Source: a virus. Taken from it: 50,563 nt of DNA. Both the position numbers and the translations under genes were made by a program. Below, in pieces: positions 1 through 6,922 of this stretch. Location of the stretch: the IMG/VR virus record IMGVR_UViG_3300045988_105923. One strand, 5' to 3'. A model generated the notes under the pieces. It saw only the letters and a list, made by a program, of their open reading frames with translations. It was not told the origin of the DNA and did no database searches. Numbering within the stretch: the stretch's first letter is position 1; each line of letters opens with the position of its first letter.

Positions 1-77
1 TGTCGTGAAGCACTGATGATAGTCCCCGCTCTCTCATGAGGGCGGGGATTATATTACATAATATTACTGCAACTACA
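1..77. repeat. Left copy of the 77-nt direct terminal repeat, identical to 50487..50563
   Basis: Read directly. The string tgtcgtgaagcactgatgatagtccccgctctctcatgagggcggggattatattacataatattactgcaactaca occurs at both ends. Confidence 0.95.
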
Positions 78-91
78 GAGGAAGTAATATT
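60..91. repeat. Inverted repeat AATATTACT-N14-AGTAATATT, a candidate attP core for the adjacent serine integrase
   Basis: The 9-bp arms lie at 60-68 and 83-91 in the AT-rich gap between the last cargo gene and the 3' end of the integrase gene. Serine-integrase attP sites are typically imperfect inverted repeats next to int. Confidence 0.3.
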
Positions 92-117
92 AAGTAATAA
101 ACTTTTGGAAATTTTTT

Positions 118-1479
118 TCACACATTTAAGGAATATTCTATGTGCCTATCAGGGTATATTTTGATTTCTTTGACAATAATTCTCCAAAATTCTCGTTTTT
201 CTTCGCGGTTGAGTCCGTCGTAAGATTCTTTCCAGTTTTCGGTTAACACCCTATCAATACTCTCGAAGTCTTGCTTTTGCTCAGGGAGTGCGGCTTTCTC
301 CAAATCACTGATTTTTGCAAGCAATGCTTCACGGTCTGTCTTTAATTCTTCTAGTGTGATGATATCATTCAAATATAAATCCTTCAGTTTGTTTAACTTT
401 GACTTTGCAGCAGAGATTTCTGCACGTGACCTTTTGTTGATTTCCGCATTTTTGAGAGCGGAAAAGTTGGCCTTGTATTCGTGAAATTTATTGGCTACTG
501 TCGCAAGAAGATACTCTTCAATTTTCCTTTCACCAAGATTAACGCGATTTTGGCATCCATTCTGCTTTGTATAGTGTCCGTTGCAATTGTAGAACACATA
601 CGTCTGCTTTGTGTTAATACGAGCACCCATCCTGTTGCCGCACTCCGGGCAAACCACTAATCCGGAAAACAGATAGGTACGATTATTCTTTGCCTTTCGG
701 ACAACCTTCCTCCGCATAGCTTGAATTTGTTCATGATCTTCTTTAGTGATATAGGCAGGACACATTCCGTCCATATTGTAATATTTCCCATAATATGTAG
801 TGCTGCGCAGCATCTTATCAATAAGATGGTATCTCATTAAAACACCATATTTTTCTCTGATAAATTCGGAAGTTTTAGAAATGGAACCGGAGGCTAAATA
901 CTTCTTAAAGAAATCGTTAACAAGAGCCTCTTTGGATTCGTCTTTTTTGAATGATTTTCCTTCAATTTTATAACCAAAAGGTATATTCCCGGTAAGAGGC
1001 TCCAACCGCGCCCGCTTTCCCTCAAAAACGAATTTGATACGCTCACTGGTCCGGTCTGCTTCATCTTGGGCAACGGACAACATGATATTTACTTTCAGCC
1101 GCCCGGATGCGGTTGTCGTCTCATAATCCTCTTGTGTCGCCTGCCAAGATACACCATATTGATCTAGGATTTCCTGAACAGCATAGTAGTTCCCCACATT
1201 TCTAAACCATCGGTCCAGTTTTATAAACAATATCAGATCAATTTTTCCAACCCTGCAATCATCCAGAAGTTTTAGGAGTGCAGGGCGTTTCTTATATGGT
1301 TTTCTGGCGGAGATGCCAGCATCTTCATAGATGCCGACAATCTTCATTCCATGGGATTTTGAAAATTGGGTCAGACTATTTTTTTGGTCTTCCAGAGACA
1401 AGCCATGCCGGGCTTGTTCTTCTGTACTAACCCTTATATATAATGCAGCTCGTTGCATAGCTCCACCACCTAAGATCAC
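118..1479 (-). CDS. int: Large serine recombinase (phage integrase)
   Basis: The N-terminal resolvase/invertase motif is AALYIRVSTEEQ...GLSLEDQ. This is followed by a recombinase domain, a zinc ribbon (CPECGNRM...YNCNGH) and a C-terminal coiled coil. Confidence 0.93.
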   Translation of the reverse strand: MILGGGAMQRAALYIRVSTEEQARHGLSLEDQKNSLTQFSKSHGMKIVGIYEDAGISARKPYKKRPALLKLLDDCRVGKIDLILFIKLDRWFRNVGNYYAVQEILDQYGVSWQATQEDYETTTASGRLKVNIMLSVAQDEADRTSERIKFVFEGKRARLEPLTGNIPFGYKIEGKSFKKDESKEALVNDFFKKYLASGSISKTSEFIREKYGVLMRYHLIDKMLRSTTYYGKYYNMDGMCPAYITKEDHEQIQAMRRKVVRKAKNNRTYLFSGLVVCPECGNRMGARINTKQTYVFYNCNGHYTKQNGCQNRVNLGERKIEEYLLATVANKFHEYKANFSALKNAEINKRSRAEISAAKSKLNKLKDLYLNDIITLEELKTDREALLAKISDLEKAALPEQKQDFESIDRVLTENWKESYDGLNREEKREFWRIIVKEIKIYPDRHIEYSLNV

Positions 1480-1513
1480 GCCGCCAGGAAATTCCTGGCG
1501 GCTTATTTATATG

Positions 1514-2233
1514 TTATTGATCGTTGGTTTCCATCTCATATTCTAATTTTTCTTCATTTACAATGTACATTTTATCGGTATATGTTTCTATTCCATCAAT
1601 ATGTTCGGATAGTTTGGGCTTAATGTGTTGTTTCATTGGGTCCAGTATAAAATCAATTCCGCTTTTTCTTGCCATCTTCGCTACAGGAATGAAATCGCTA
1701 TCTCCTGCAATTAAAACGATTTGGTTTACATATTTTCCATAAGATAAAGAGGCTACATCCAGACCTATTCTCATATCGACGCCCTTTTGTTTAACATCTA
1801 ATTTAAAGTCATCTTTGGTTAAATCAGAAATTAACTTCTTTTCTGATATAATTTCAGATAACGCAGACGGCTTTAAAATATAAGTGGCTTGCGATTCAGC
1901 CAATTCTCCGCGCCGAATTGCAAATTTTCTTTTTTTGGATAGAGCCTCAAAAAATGCATTTGTCCAGCGTGTTCCAGCCATTTCTGCATACGATATGGTT
2001 TCTTTTGTGAGCGGATGAATAATCTCACGTGTCATTGGGGGGCAGTCATAATAAAATATTCTATATAAATCGCGAGGTTCATCTGGCTCTGATATATGAA
2101 GTAAGCAGTACCTGAATAATTCATCTGCGCGTTCAGCAGCGGTTTTGTTTTTCCCCCATAAAGCGATGGCTCGCTTTCTATAATATCCTCCGTCTACAAG
2201 AATTGCGGTTTTTCTAGTCTCTCTTATATTCAT
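1514..2233 (-). CDS. NYN (LabA/DUF88-like, PIN-fold) domain protein, copy A
   Basis: It carries TAILVDGGYY near the N-terminus and a later GVDMRIGLD...IVLIAGDSDFIPV motif, both typical of NYN ribonuclease-like domains. A GAGG RBS precedes the ATG. Confidence 0.8.
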   Translation of the reverse strand: MNIRETRKTAILVDGGYYRKRAIALWGKNKTAAERADELFRYCLLHISEPDEPRDLYRIFYYDCPPMTREIIHPLTKETISYAEMAGTRWTNAFFEALSKKRKFAIRRGELAESQATYILKPSALSEIISEKKLISDLTKDDFKLDVKQKGVDMRIGLDVASLSYGKYVNQIVLIAGDSDFIPVAKMARKSGIDFILDPMKQHIKPKLSEHIDGIETYTDKMYIVNEEKLEYEMETNDQ

Positions 2234-2250
2234 AGTCTCCCTCGATATAT

Positions 2251-2309
2251 AAAAATAAAACCTCTGGGGTCAGATCATCCCGAAAGGTGGGAGCCCTCGC
2301 CCAGAGGTT
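2251..2309 (-). terminator. Intrinsic-terminator-like hairpin in the leader of the NYN-A gene (possible attenuator)
   Basis: A 10-bp stem forms between AACCTCTGGG (2259-2268) and CCCAGAGGTT (2300-2309). On the minus strand it is followed by TTTTATTTTT. It sits between the promoter at 2344-2372 and the RBS/ATG at 2233. Confidence 0.5.
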
Positions 2310-2343
2310 ATGATAGCTTATACAGCTCTTTGCTGTATGATAT

Positions 2344-2372
2344 ATATTATGCTCCCAAATTGAATTTGTCAA
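2344..2372 (-). promoter_or_regulatory. SigmaA-type promoter reading toward NYN-A
   Basis: On the minus strand, TTGACA (2372-2367) is followed by a 17-nt spacer and TAATAT (2349-2344). Confidence 0.6.
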
Positions 2373-2590
2373 TAGTTTTTATTCGTGTTTATTTCTGTAT
2401 ATTCAAACTTGTTCGAGTGGGTTAGTGTTTGTAAGTGTTTATTTGATTAAATTATCAGGTGATTCCTGACGGCGGCTTTTCACTAGAATGAAAACCTATC
2501 ATAGAAAGTAAAATTGTGGTATAAAAGTAAAGACCACTAGATATAGGTCAATACAAAATATAAATGGAAAGAATTGTGAAAATCTGCTGA

Positions 2591-2619
2591 TTGCCTTATA
2601 TTCTCCTCGGTGCTATGAT
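2591..2619 (+). promoter_or_regulatory. Plus-strand promoter overlapped by a LexA box
   Basis: TTGCCT (2591-2596) is followed by a 17-nt spacer and TATGAT (2614-2619). A TG sits at the extended -10 position. Confidence 0.5.
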
Positions 2620-2633
2620 ATTATCAAATCACT

Positions 2634-2647
2634 AGAACAAATGTTCT
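2634..2647. promoter_or_regulatory. Cheo-type LexA (SOS) box
   Basis: AGAACAAATGTTCT is a palindrome matching the Gram-positive consensus GAAC-N4-GTTC. It lies about 15 nt downstream of the -10 element. Confidence 0.6.
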
Positions 2648-2671
2648 CAAACGAGGAGGGGCAACTGGAAT

Positions 2672-2833
2672 ATGGATGAACGAGATATGACCTGCGGTGA
2701 ATTGCTCTGCGAAAGAGTCGATAATGAAAATGATTTTATTTCATTTCTTCGCTTTTGCGCTGATCGGCTAAATAAAGACGAGCCAGTTCAATCAATTTGG
2801 AACGCCTATCAAGAGATAAGGAATCAAAAATAG
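2672..2833 (+). CDS. 53-aa ORF downstream of the LexA-controlled promoter, either a candidate SOS-induced antirepressor or a carrier of antisense RNA
   Basis: The product reads MDERDMTCGELLCERVDNENDFISFLRFCADRLNKDEPVQSIWNAYQEIRNQK. A GAGGAGG RBS sits 11 nt upstream. The 3' 98 nt are antisense to the repressor gene. Confidence 0.35.
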   Translation: MDERDMTCGELLCERVDNENDFISFLRFCADRLNKDEPVQSIWNAYQEIRNQK

Positions 2834-3059
2834 ATAAGATTTCAGCTTTACCGTCCTCAGAAATGGGGGCGGTATTTTTTTCGCCCAAAATATCTCCGAC
2901 GGTCACTCCGAGCGCCGCTGCGACTTTAGACACACGGTCTATAGACGGAGAACTTTTATCCCATTTATTTATTGTCCCGTTTCCAAAACCGCATTCTTTT
3001 TCCAAAGAAAATAAAGATTTTCCAGTTAAAGAACACAATTCTCTAATCCTGTCGACCAA
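2736..3059 (-). CDS. CI-like XRE-family HTH repressor without an S24 peptidase domain
   Basis: The HTH_3 motif is IRELCSLTGKSLFSLEKECGFGNGTINKWDK...VSKVAAALGVTVGDIL. The C-terminal tail is short. The gene is oriented with the integrase. Confidence 0.85.
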   Translation of the reverse strand: MVDRIRELCSLTGKSLFSLEKECGFGNGTINKWDKSSPSIDRVSKVAAALGVTVGDILGEKNTAPISEDGKAEILSIFDSLSLDRRSKLIELARLYLADQRKSEEMK

Positions 3060-3083
3060 AAAATCACCCCTTGAAAATAATTA

Positions 3084-3126
3084 GTAAATTTCCTAAATTT
3101 TTGTTGACAATCGGTAAATTTGCTAA
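3084..3126. promoter_or_regulatory. Two copies of the 13-mer GTAAATTT(C/G)CTAA, candidate operators
   Basis: The copies are at 3084-3096 and 3114-3126, exactly 30 nt apart. The second fills the spacer of the plus-strand promoter. Confidence 0.4.
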
Positions 3127-3132
3127 TATAAT
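3104..3132 (+). promoter_or_regulatory. Consensus sigmaA promoter (early lytic, PR-like)
   Basis: TTGACA (3104-3109) is followed by a 17-nt spacer and TATAAT (3127-3132). The -35 lies in the palindrome TTGTTGACAA, which also gives TTGTCA on the minus strand toward the repressor. Confidence 0.7.
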
Positions 3133-3263
3133 AGAGGCATAGGGTAACAAAAACCAAGCCCCTATATGATACGGGCCTAATCGGAATATATGTAATTGTA
3201 TCAGCAATTCAATGTTAGCATATTTTCCGATTTCCGTCAAGGAAAAGGAGGGTGTTTTCTAAT

Positions 3264-3782
3264 TCATTTTAAGAAATTTTGGGAGGGAGGGATTTGTTTT
3301 TCTGATAGAAATTTACTGGAAGATTCATAAATCGCTTTTACTCTTTCATAATTCTTCCAAGTATAAAGAGGCCCAGTATAGTGAGGGAATCCAGCATTTC
3401 CAGTCCAAAATGTGTTTGCGCAATCAAACGCTGCAATCAATGCGGACGTAAACTTTTCGTAGTTTCTTCTTTTGGCTCCATCTGTTTTTAAGGTCTCGAT
3501 TTTCTTCTGATTGCTCTCCAATGCACGATCTATAAACTTATCGACTGTTAACTCTATATTTTCCAATATTATATTGTAGTCATGTGTTGGAGTAGCCCCT
3601 TTAAATATTTTGTATTTTTCATATTGCGATAAATGAAGAAGCAAATCTAATGTAAAATTGATCCTTCCAAAAAACACCGCTGGATTTACAGTTGTATTTA
3701 TCAATTTTTCGCTGTCTTTGAGCTGTCGTATATTCGATTCGATACATTGGATTTCGGACCTTGATAGTTTTTTCCAAAACAT
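3264..3782 (-). CDS. Hypothetical protein encoded between the repressor and cro (an immunity-region moron)
   Basis: A long AT-rich ORF with no motif I recognise. The start is uncertain: either the ATG at 3782 with AGGAGG 15 nt upstream, or the GTG at 3821. Confidence 0.6.
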   Translation of the reverse strand: MFWKKLSRSEIQCIESNIRQLKDSEKLINTTVNPAVFFGRINFTLDLLLHLSQYEKYKIFKGATPTHDYNIILENIELTVDKFIDRALESNQKKIETLKTDGAKRRNYEKFTSALIAAFDCANTFWTGNAGFPHYTGPLYTWKNYERVKAIYESSSKFLSEKQIPPSQNFLK

Positions 3783-3867
3783 AATCGTAAATATCTCCCT
3801 CCTTTGTCCCAATAATATCACTAAGGGGGGGACGATTCAAGAAGATATTCCAATCGGAGGTGATACC

Positions 3868-4089
3868 TTGATTCTTGACAATATCAAGCGTCTTTGTCGG
3901 GAGAACAGCATAAACATCACGGCCTTGGAGAAGGCTGTCGGACTTGGTTTCGGGACGGTTTACAAGTGGGGTAAGGTTTCTCCCAGCGTGGACAATCTGA
4001 AACTGGTAGCCGATTATTTCTGCATCACGGTGGACGAGCTTCTTTCAGAAGATAGCAGCACCAACAGAGAAAAGGAAGCCCTCCAATGA
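3868..4089 (+). CDS. Cro-like XRE-family HTH regulator
   Basis: A TTG start sits 7 nt after GGAGG. The HTH motif is LDNIKRLCRENSINITALEKAVGLGFGTVYKWGK...LKLVADYFCITVDELL. Confidence 0.75.
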   Translation: MILDNIKRLCRENSINITALEKAVGLGFGTVYKWGKVSPSVDNLKLVADYFCITVDELLSEDSSTNREKEALQ

Positions 4090-4152
4090 TAGAGGGCAGC
4101 AGAATCAAATCCAAAAATAACTGCGCACGCAAATAGAGTGAGGGGAGTGAGA

Positions 4153-4332
4153 ATGATGGACACTTTTAGAGTAACAAAAGACAAAATGTTTCTTGGAGAA
4201 AAAGAGATCGTGTGTTGCACTGGGTTCAAAATCATCGCAAAAGCAGGCGAAGACCCGGAGGTGGAGCTCCGAGTCATCGTTGAAAATGTAGATATTGAGA
4301 ATTACGGTGCAGTCCCTATGCAAACGGAATAG
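4153..4332 (+). CDS. Hypothetical small protein
   Basis: The ATG follows a GAGGGGAG RBS. The 59-aa product begins MMDTFRVTKDK. Confidence 0.5.
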   Translation: MMDTFRVTKDKMFLGEKEIVCCTGFKIIAKAGEDPEVELRVIVENVDIENYGAVPMQTE

Positions 4333-4651
4333 CGGACTTGATTTTGCCGAGCCAATCAAGGATTTGAGAAATACCGCCCGGAAATCTCTGTTCCATGTAG
4401 ATGATTCCTTCATCTTCAAGTTGGAAGCCTCCGAGGACAAATCTCTTCACGAACCCCTTCGACTTGAGTTCGTTTAGCGATTCTAAAAAGTCCGGTAATC
4501 CAGCATCTTTCGGAAAAGATTCAGGCCATTGGTCGCGGGAAGAAAAATCTTTTGCAGTCTTCTTCGATGCCCCGGATTCTCTCCTTGCGAGATATTCCTT
4601 ATAAATCAAACAAATAGCCTTATCTGCATCTTTTGTTAGGTTAATTTCCAC
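4316..4651 (-). CDS. Hypothetical protein
   Basis: A GTG start follows a GGGAGGTG RBS. An extended -10 (TGTTACAAT, minus strand, 4683-4675) lies upstream. The ORF track begins at 4684. Confidence 0.6.
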   Translation of the reverse strand: MEINLTKDADKAICLIYKEYLARRESGASKKTAKDFSSRDQWPESFPKDAGLPDFLESLNELKSKGFVKRFVLGGFQLEDEGIIYMEQRFPGGISQILDWLGKIKSAIPFA

Positions 4652-4776
4652 AGTTTCACCTCCCTTCTTTCTGGATTGTAACACAGAAAAGCATGGAGGG
4701 AAAAGCTAAATTTCAAAAAAACGTGAGCTGTTTGCACATTCTGAAGATCAAGGTGCATGAGGGGGGGTAAGCATCA

Positions 4777-4959
4777 GTGCTGACAGTGCGCTTACTGATT
4801 TATCTAATCATGTCATTAGCGTTTATGTTTTCTTCTCTAATATCATGCGACATTATAAAGCAACATCCGGAGAGCAACAAACCTTGGCTCATTGCGCTAC
4901 CGTCACTGATACTGACGGTCATGCTCTTGGTGGTCATGGTACATGACTTACTTTCTTAA
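4777..4959 (+). CDS. Possible small two-TM membrane protein
   Basis: A GTG start lies 9 nt after GAGGGGGGG. The product has two hydrophobic segments (LLIYLIMSLAFMFSSLI and LIALPSLILTVMLLVVMV). Confidence 0.35.
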   Translation: MLTVRLLIYLIMSLAFMFSSLISCDIIKQHPESNKPWLIALPSLILTVMLLVVMVHDLLS

Positions 4960-5379
4960 ATCTTTTTGCATAGAGATTACCAAATTTTCTGTAATTTCTT
5001 CATATTCAGAAAGTAACTTTGAAAAATTTGGGGGTGGATTCAATTTCATAGTGGAAATAAGTGTGATGCTATCTTTATATGAGCGTATCAGTTCAGCAGA
5101 TCCAGGTGACGCGAACAGAAGCGCTTTTGTATAAGCGTCCATAAATCTGGTCACCTGTTGTTGATTGAAGGCATCAGAAAATTCACCGCCTACTTTCAGC
5201 AGTTCATAATAGGCAGAAATCGTCTCCTGAAGTATCAATTCTGCCTGTTTTGCTTTCCGTGCTCCACGTTGGGTTATGAAAGCCGAAAGAACGGAGCAAA
5301 TAGAAACGGCAGCAATAGAAACTACAGATGCAATGATAGTGGTGTTAATAGATATCGCATTAACTAATTCATTTTCCAT
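4948..5379 (-). CDS. N-terminally membrane-anchored hypothetical protein
   Basis: An AAAGGAGG RBS precedes the start. The N-terminal TM segment is TTIIASVVSIAAVSICSVLSAFI. The gene has its own promoter at 5401-5429. Confidence 0.7.
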   Translation of the reverse strand: MENELVNAISINTTIIASVVSIAAVSICSVLSAFITQRGARKAKQAELILQETISAYYELLKVGGEFSDAFNQQQVTRFMDAYTKALLFASPGSAELIRSYKDSITLISTMKLNPPPNFSKLLSEYEEITENLVISMQKDLRK

Positions 5380-5400
5380 TTTTATACCTCCTTTGCGGCT

Positions 5401-5429
5401 ATTCTACCAAAACAGAAAGAAGGTGACAA
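5401..5429 (-). promoter_or_regulatory. Promoter with an extended -10 for the 4948..5379 gene
   Basis: On the minus strand, TTGTCA is followed by a 17-nt spacer and TAGAAT, with the TG of TGGTAGAAT in extended -10 position. Confidence 0.55.
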
Positions 5430-5567
5430 TGGTATGCCAGCAAAGTGGACTGCTGACCTTCTTGGCGAGACGCACTTGATCGGGTTGTTCAGAAGAATTC
5501 TTCTACCTTGTCGCAACAGTAGACGAGTTGCTTTCCGATCAGGACATAGGACAAACAGGAGATTGAA

Positions 5568-5720
5568 ATGGCGGTTTTTAAAACGATTGTGTTTATGATC
5601 TATATTTTATGTGCAGCATCCGCTACCTATTTTAAATATGAGAAAGAGAATGACGAGGCATTATGGTGGCTTGGGTGGGCTATCATTTTTTACATGACAT
5701 TCGTTTCTTATGGATGGTGA
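5568..5720 (+). CDS. Possible 50-aa two-TM protein (below the ORF-track cutoff)
   Basis: The product reads MAVFKTIVFMIYILCAASATYFKYEKENDEALWWLGWAIIFYMTFVSYGW. An AGGAG RBS sits 6 nt upstream. Confidence 0.4.
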   Translation: MAVFKTIVFMIYILCAASATYFKYEKENDEALWWLGWAIIFYMTFVSYGW

Positions 5721-5798
5721 GGGGGTGAGAGGATGGACTCTTTTAACAAAAAGGAGTGGGAAGCATGAAATATAAAATTCGAGAAATATATGGCGGGG

Positions 5799-6269
5799 TT
5801 AATTCTCCGACGGCAGTGGAATTGACAATATTTTTGACCGGCCCCGATTGGTATAAACTTGCAGGTTCGCCAGTTTGGCATCGTCTGGAATCATACATTG
5901 ATCAGCTTGAAAAAGGACATACCCACTCACGGCACCAAGAGAAGATATTGCGATAGGCATTTGCATTGAGTAATAACTTCTCTGCGATATGATTTCTTTT
6001 CCGATTTTGTGTGTACTGTCTAAAACCCAAGTCGGAAATGGCTCGCAATCCACTTTTTCTTGATTCGAGATGAGGACAATTCGTGTAATTGCTATCGGCA
6101 ATCGAGATTTATTTTCAATATGAATAAAAAAGAGTGCGATTTTCTCATCTGCCCGAAATTCAGTAATTCTGATTCCGACATTTCGCCTTTGCGATAAAAA
6201 TGTATGCACCCATGTTGCTAAAGACATCAGAAAACCAGCAACTGCAATACCGAATGTTATCCAATCCAT
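5799..6269 (-). CDS. N-terminally membrane-anchored hypothetical protein (156 aa)
   Basis: An internal ATG at 6269 follows AGGGGGTG. The TM segment is WITFGIAVAGFLMSLATWV and the remainder looks beta-rich. The upstream 118 codons of the tracked ORF do not look protein-like. Confidence 0.7.
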   Translation of the reverse strand: MDWITFGIAVAGFLMSLATWVHTFLSQRRNVGIRITEFRADEKIALFFIHIENKSRLPIAITRIVLISNQEKVDCEPFPTWVLDSTHKIGKEIISQRSYYSMQMPIAISSLGAVSGYVLFQADQCMIPDDAKLANLQVYTNRGRSKILSIPLPSEN

Positions 6270-6295
6270 CAAATTTATCACCCCCTTTCGCCCAC

Positions 6296-6324
6296 ATTCT
6301 ACCATATCCCGGCGAAAGGAACAA
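6296..6324 (-). promoter_or_regulatory. Promoter with an extended -10 for the 5799..6269 gene
   Basis: On the minus strand, TTGTTC is followed by a 17-nt spacer and TAGAAT within the same TGGTAGAAT 9-mer seen at 5401-5409. Confidence 0.45.
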
Positions 6325-6364
6325 TAAAAAGCGGGCTGCCTCTGGCGATAACAGAGGACAGCCC
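6323..6364 (-). terminator. Minus-strand intrinsic terminator (insulator upstream of the moron promoter)
   Basis: The stem pairs GGGCTGCCTCTG (6333-6344) with CAGAGGaCAGCCC (6352-6364). On the minus strand it is followed by GCTTTTTATTGT. Confidence 0.45.
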
Positions 6365-6447
6365 ATGACACCACGTGAAACGACCACGAGGTATCGGAGA
6401 CAGTATAACACATCCTCCGGCCTCTGGCAAGAATGGGAGGATATTTT

Positions 6448-6615
6448 GTGAACGAAAAAGACAGTATCAAAGACCTGGAAGCCCAGGCGCGAAACACGAA
6501 GCACCTGATGGACAAGCTCAACCGTGCGGCGTATGGAATGACCTTTGACGAAGCAATCCGGCTGGGCAAAGAAAATCCCCCGCCGTGTTCGCAGCACGAC
6601 GAGGGCAAGGATTGA
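6448..6615 (+). CDS. Hypothetical small protein
   Basis: A GTG start lies 7 nt after GGGAGG. The product begins VNEKDSIKDLEAQARNTKHLMDKLNRAAYGMTFDEAIRLGK. Confidence 0.5.
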   Translation: MNEKDSIKDLEAQARNTKHLMDKLNRAAYGMTFDEAIRLGKENPPPCSQHDEGKD

Positions 6616-6717
6616 GGCACCACACAACAATCCCTTTTACACTATATCACTTCCGAAGGGATTGGACAAGATGCAATCACATAAAATTTACCAAGTTCTT
6701 GAGGAGGTTAGTTTGCT

Positions 6718-6840
6718 ATGGAAGAAAATCTGGATTGCTTTCAAAAAGCGCTGATTTACTTAAAGACAAAGCGTTTGGAGCAGCTAGGCGTTACAGCAGA
6801 AATTACTGTTACAAAGGTTGAGAAAGATGACAACGATTGA
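6718..6840 (+). CDS. Possible 40-aa protein
   Basis: The product reads MEENLDCFQKALIYLKTKRLEQLGVTAEITVTKVEKDDND. A GAGGAGG RBS sits upstream. Confidence 0.4.
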   Translation: MEENLDCFQKALIYLKTKRLEQLGVTAEITVTKVEKDDND

Positions 6841-6922
6841 ATTGGTTTTCGTTTTGATTGGAATAGGGACAGCCACAAGCTGGCTGTTCCGCCTAGTGGA
6901 CAAGCTGGAGGGGCGGGCATGA
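6827..6922 (+). CDS. Possible 31-aa TM peptide coupled to the next gene
   Basis: The product reads MTTIELVFVLIGIGTATSWLFRLVDKLEGRA. Its stop overlaps the next ATG as ATGA. Confidence 0.3.
   Translation: MTTIELVFVLIGIGTATSWLFRLVDKLEGRA

Noticed and set aside
1-77. The terminal 77-nt direct repeats read as attL and attR of an integrated prophage
   Set aside because: The integrase is a serine recombinase, which does not create long duplications. The right copy is the natural 3' end and terminator of a complete gene that continues into the integrase locus. Circular closure explains the repeats more simply.
2797-3084. A 95-aa forward ORF over the repressor gene
   Set aside because: It is the antisense shadow of the clear HTH repressor and has no RBS.
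5756-5956. A 66-aa forward ORF with a good AAAGGAG RBS
   Set aside because: Most of it is antisense to the well-formed C-terminus of the 5799..6269 gene. Only the first few codons lie outside that gene. It may be an accidental RBS or a very short peptide.
6270-6630. The N-terminal 118-codon extension of the 5799..6623 ORF and the overlapping 156-aa ORF at 6160..6630
   Set aside because: The extension crosses a promoter and a terminator and is not protein-like. The internal ATG at 6269 has a good RBS and begins a sensible TM protein.
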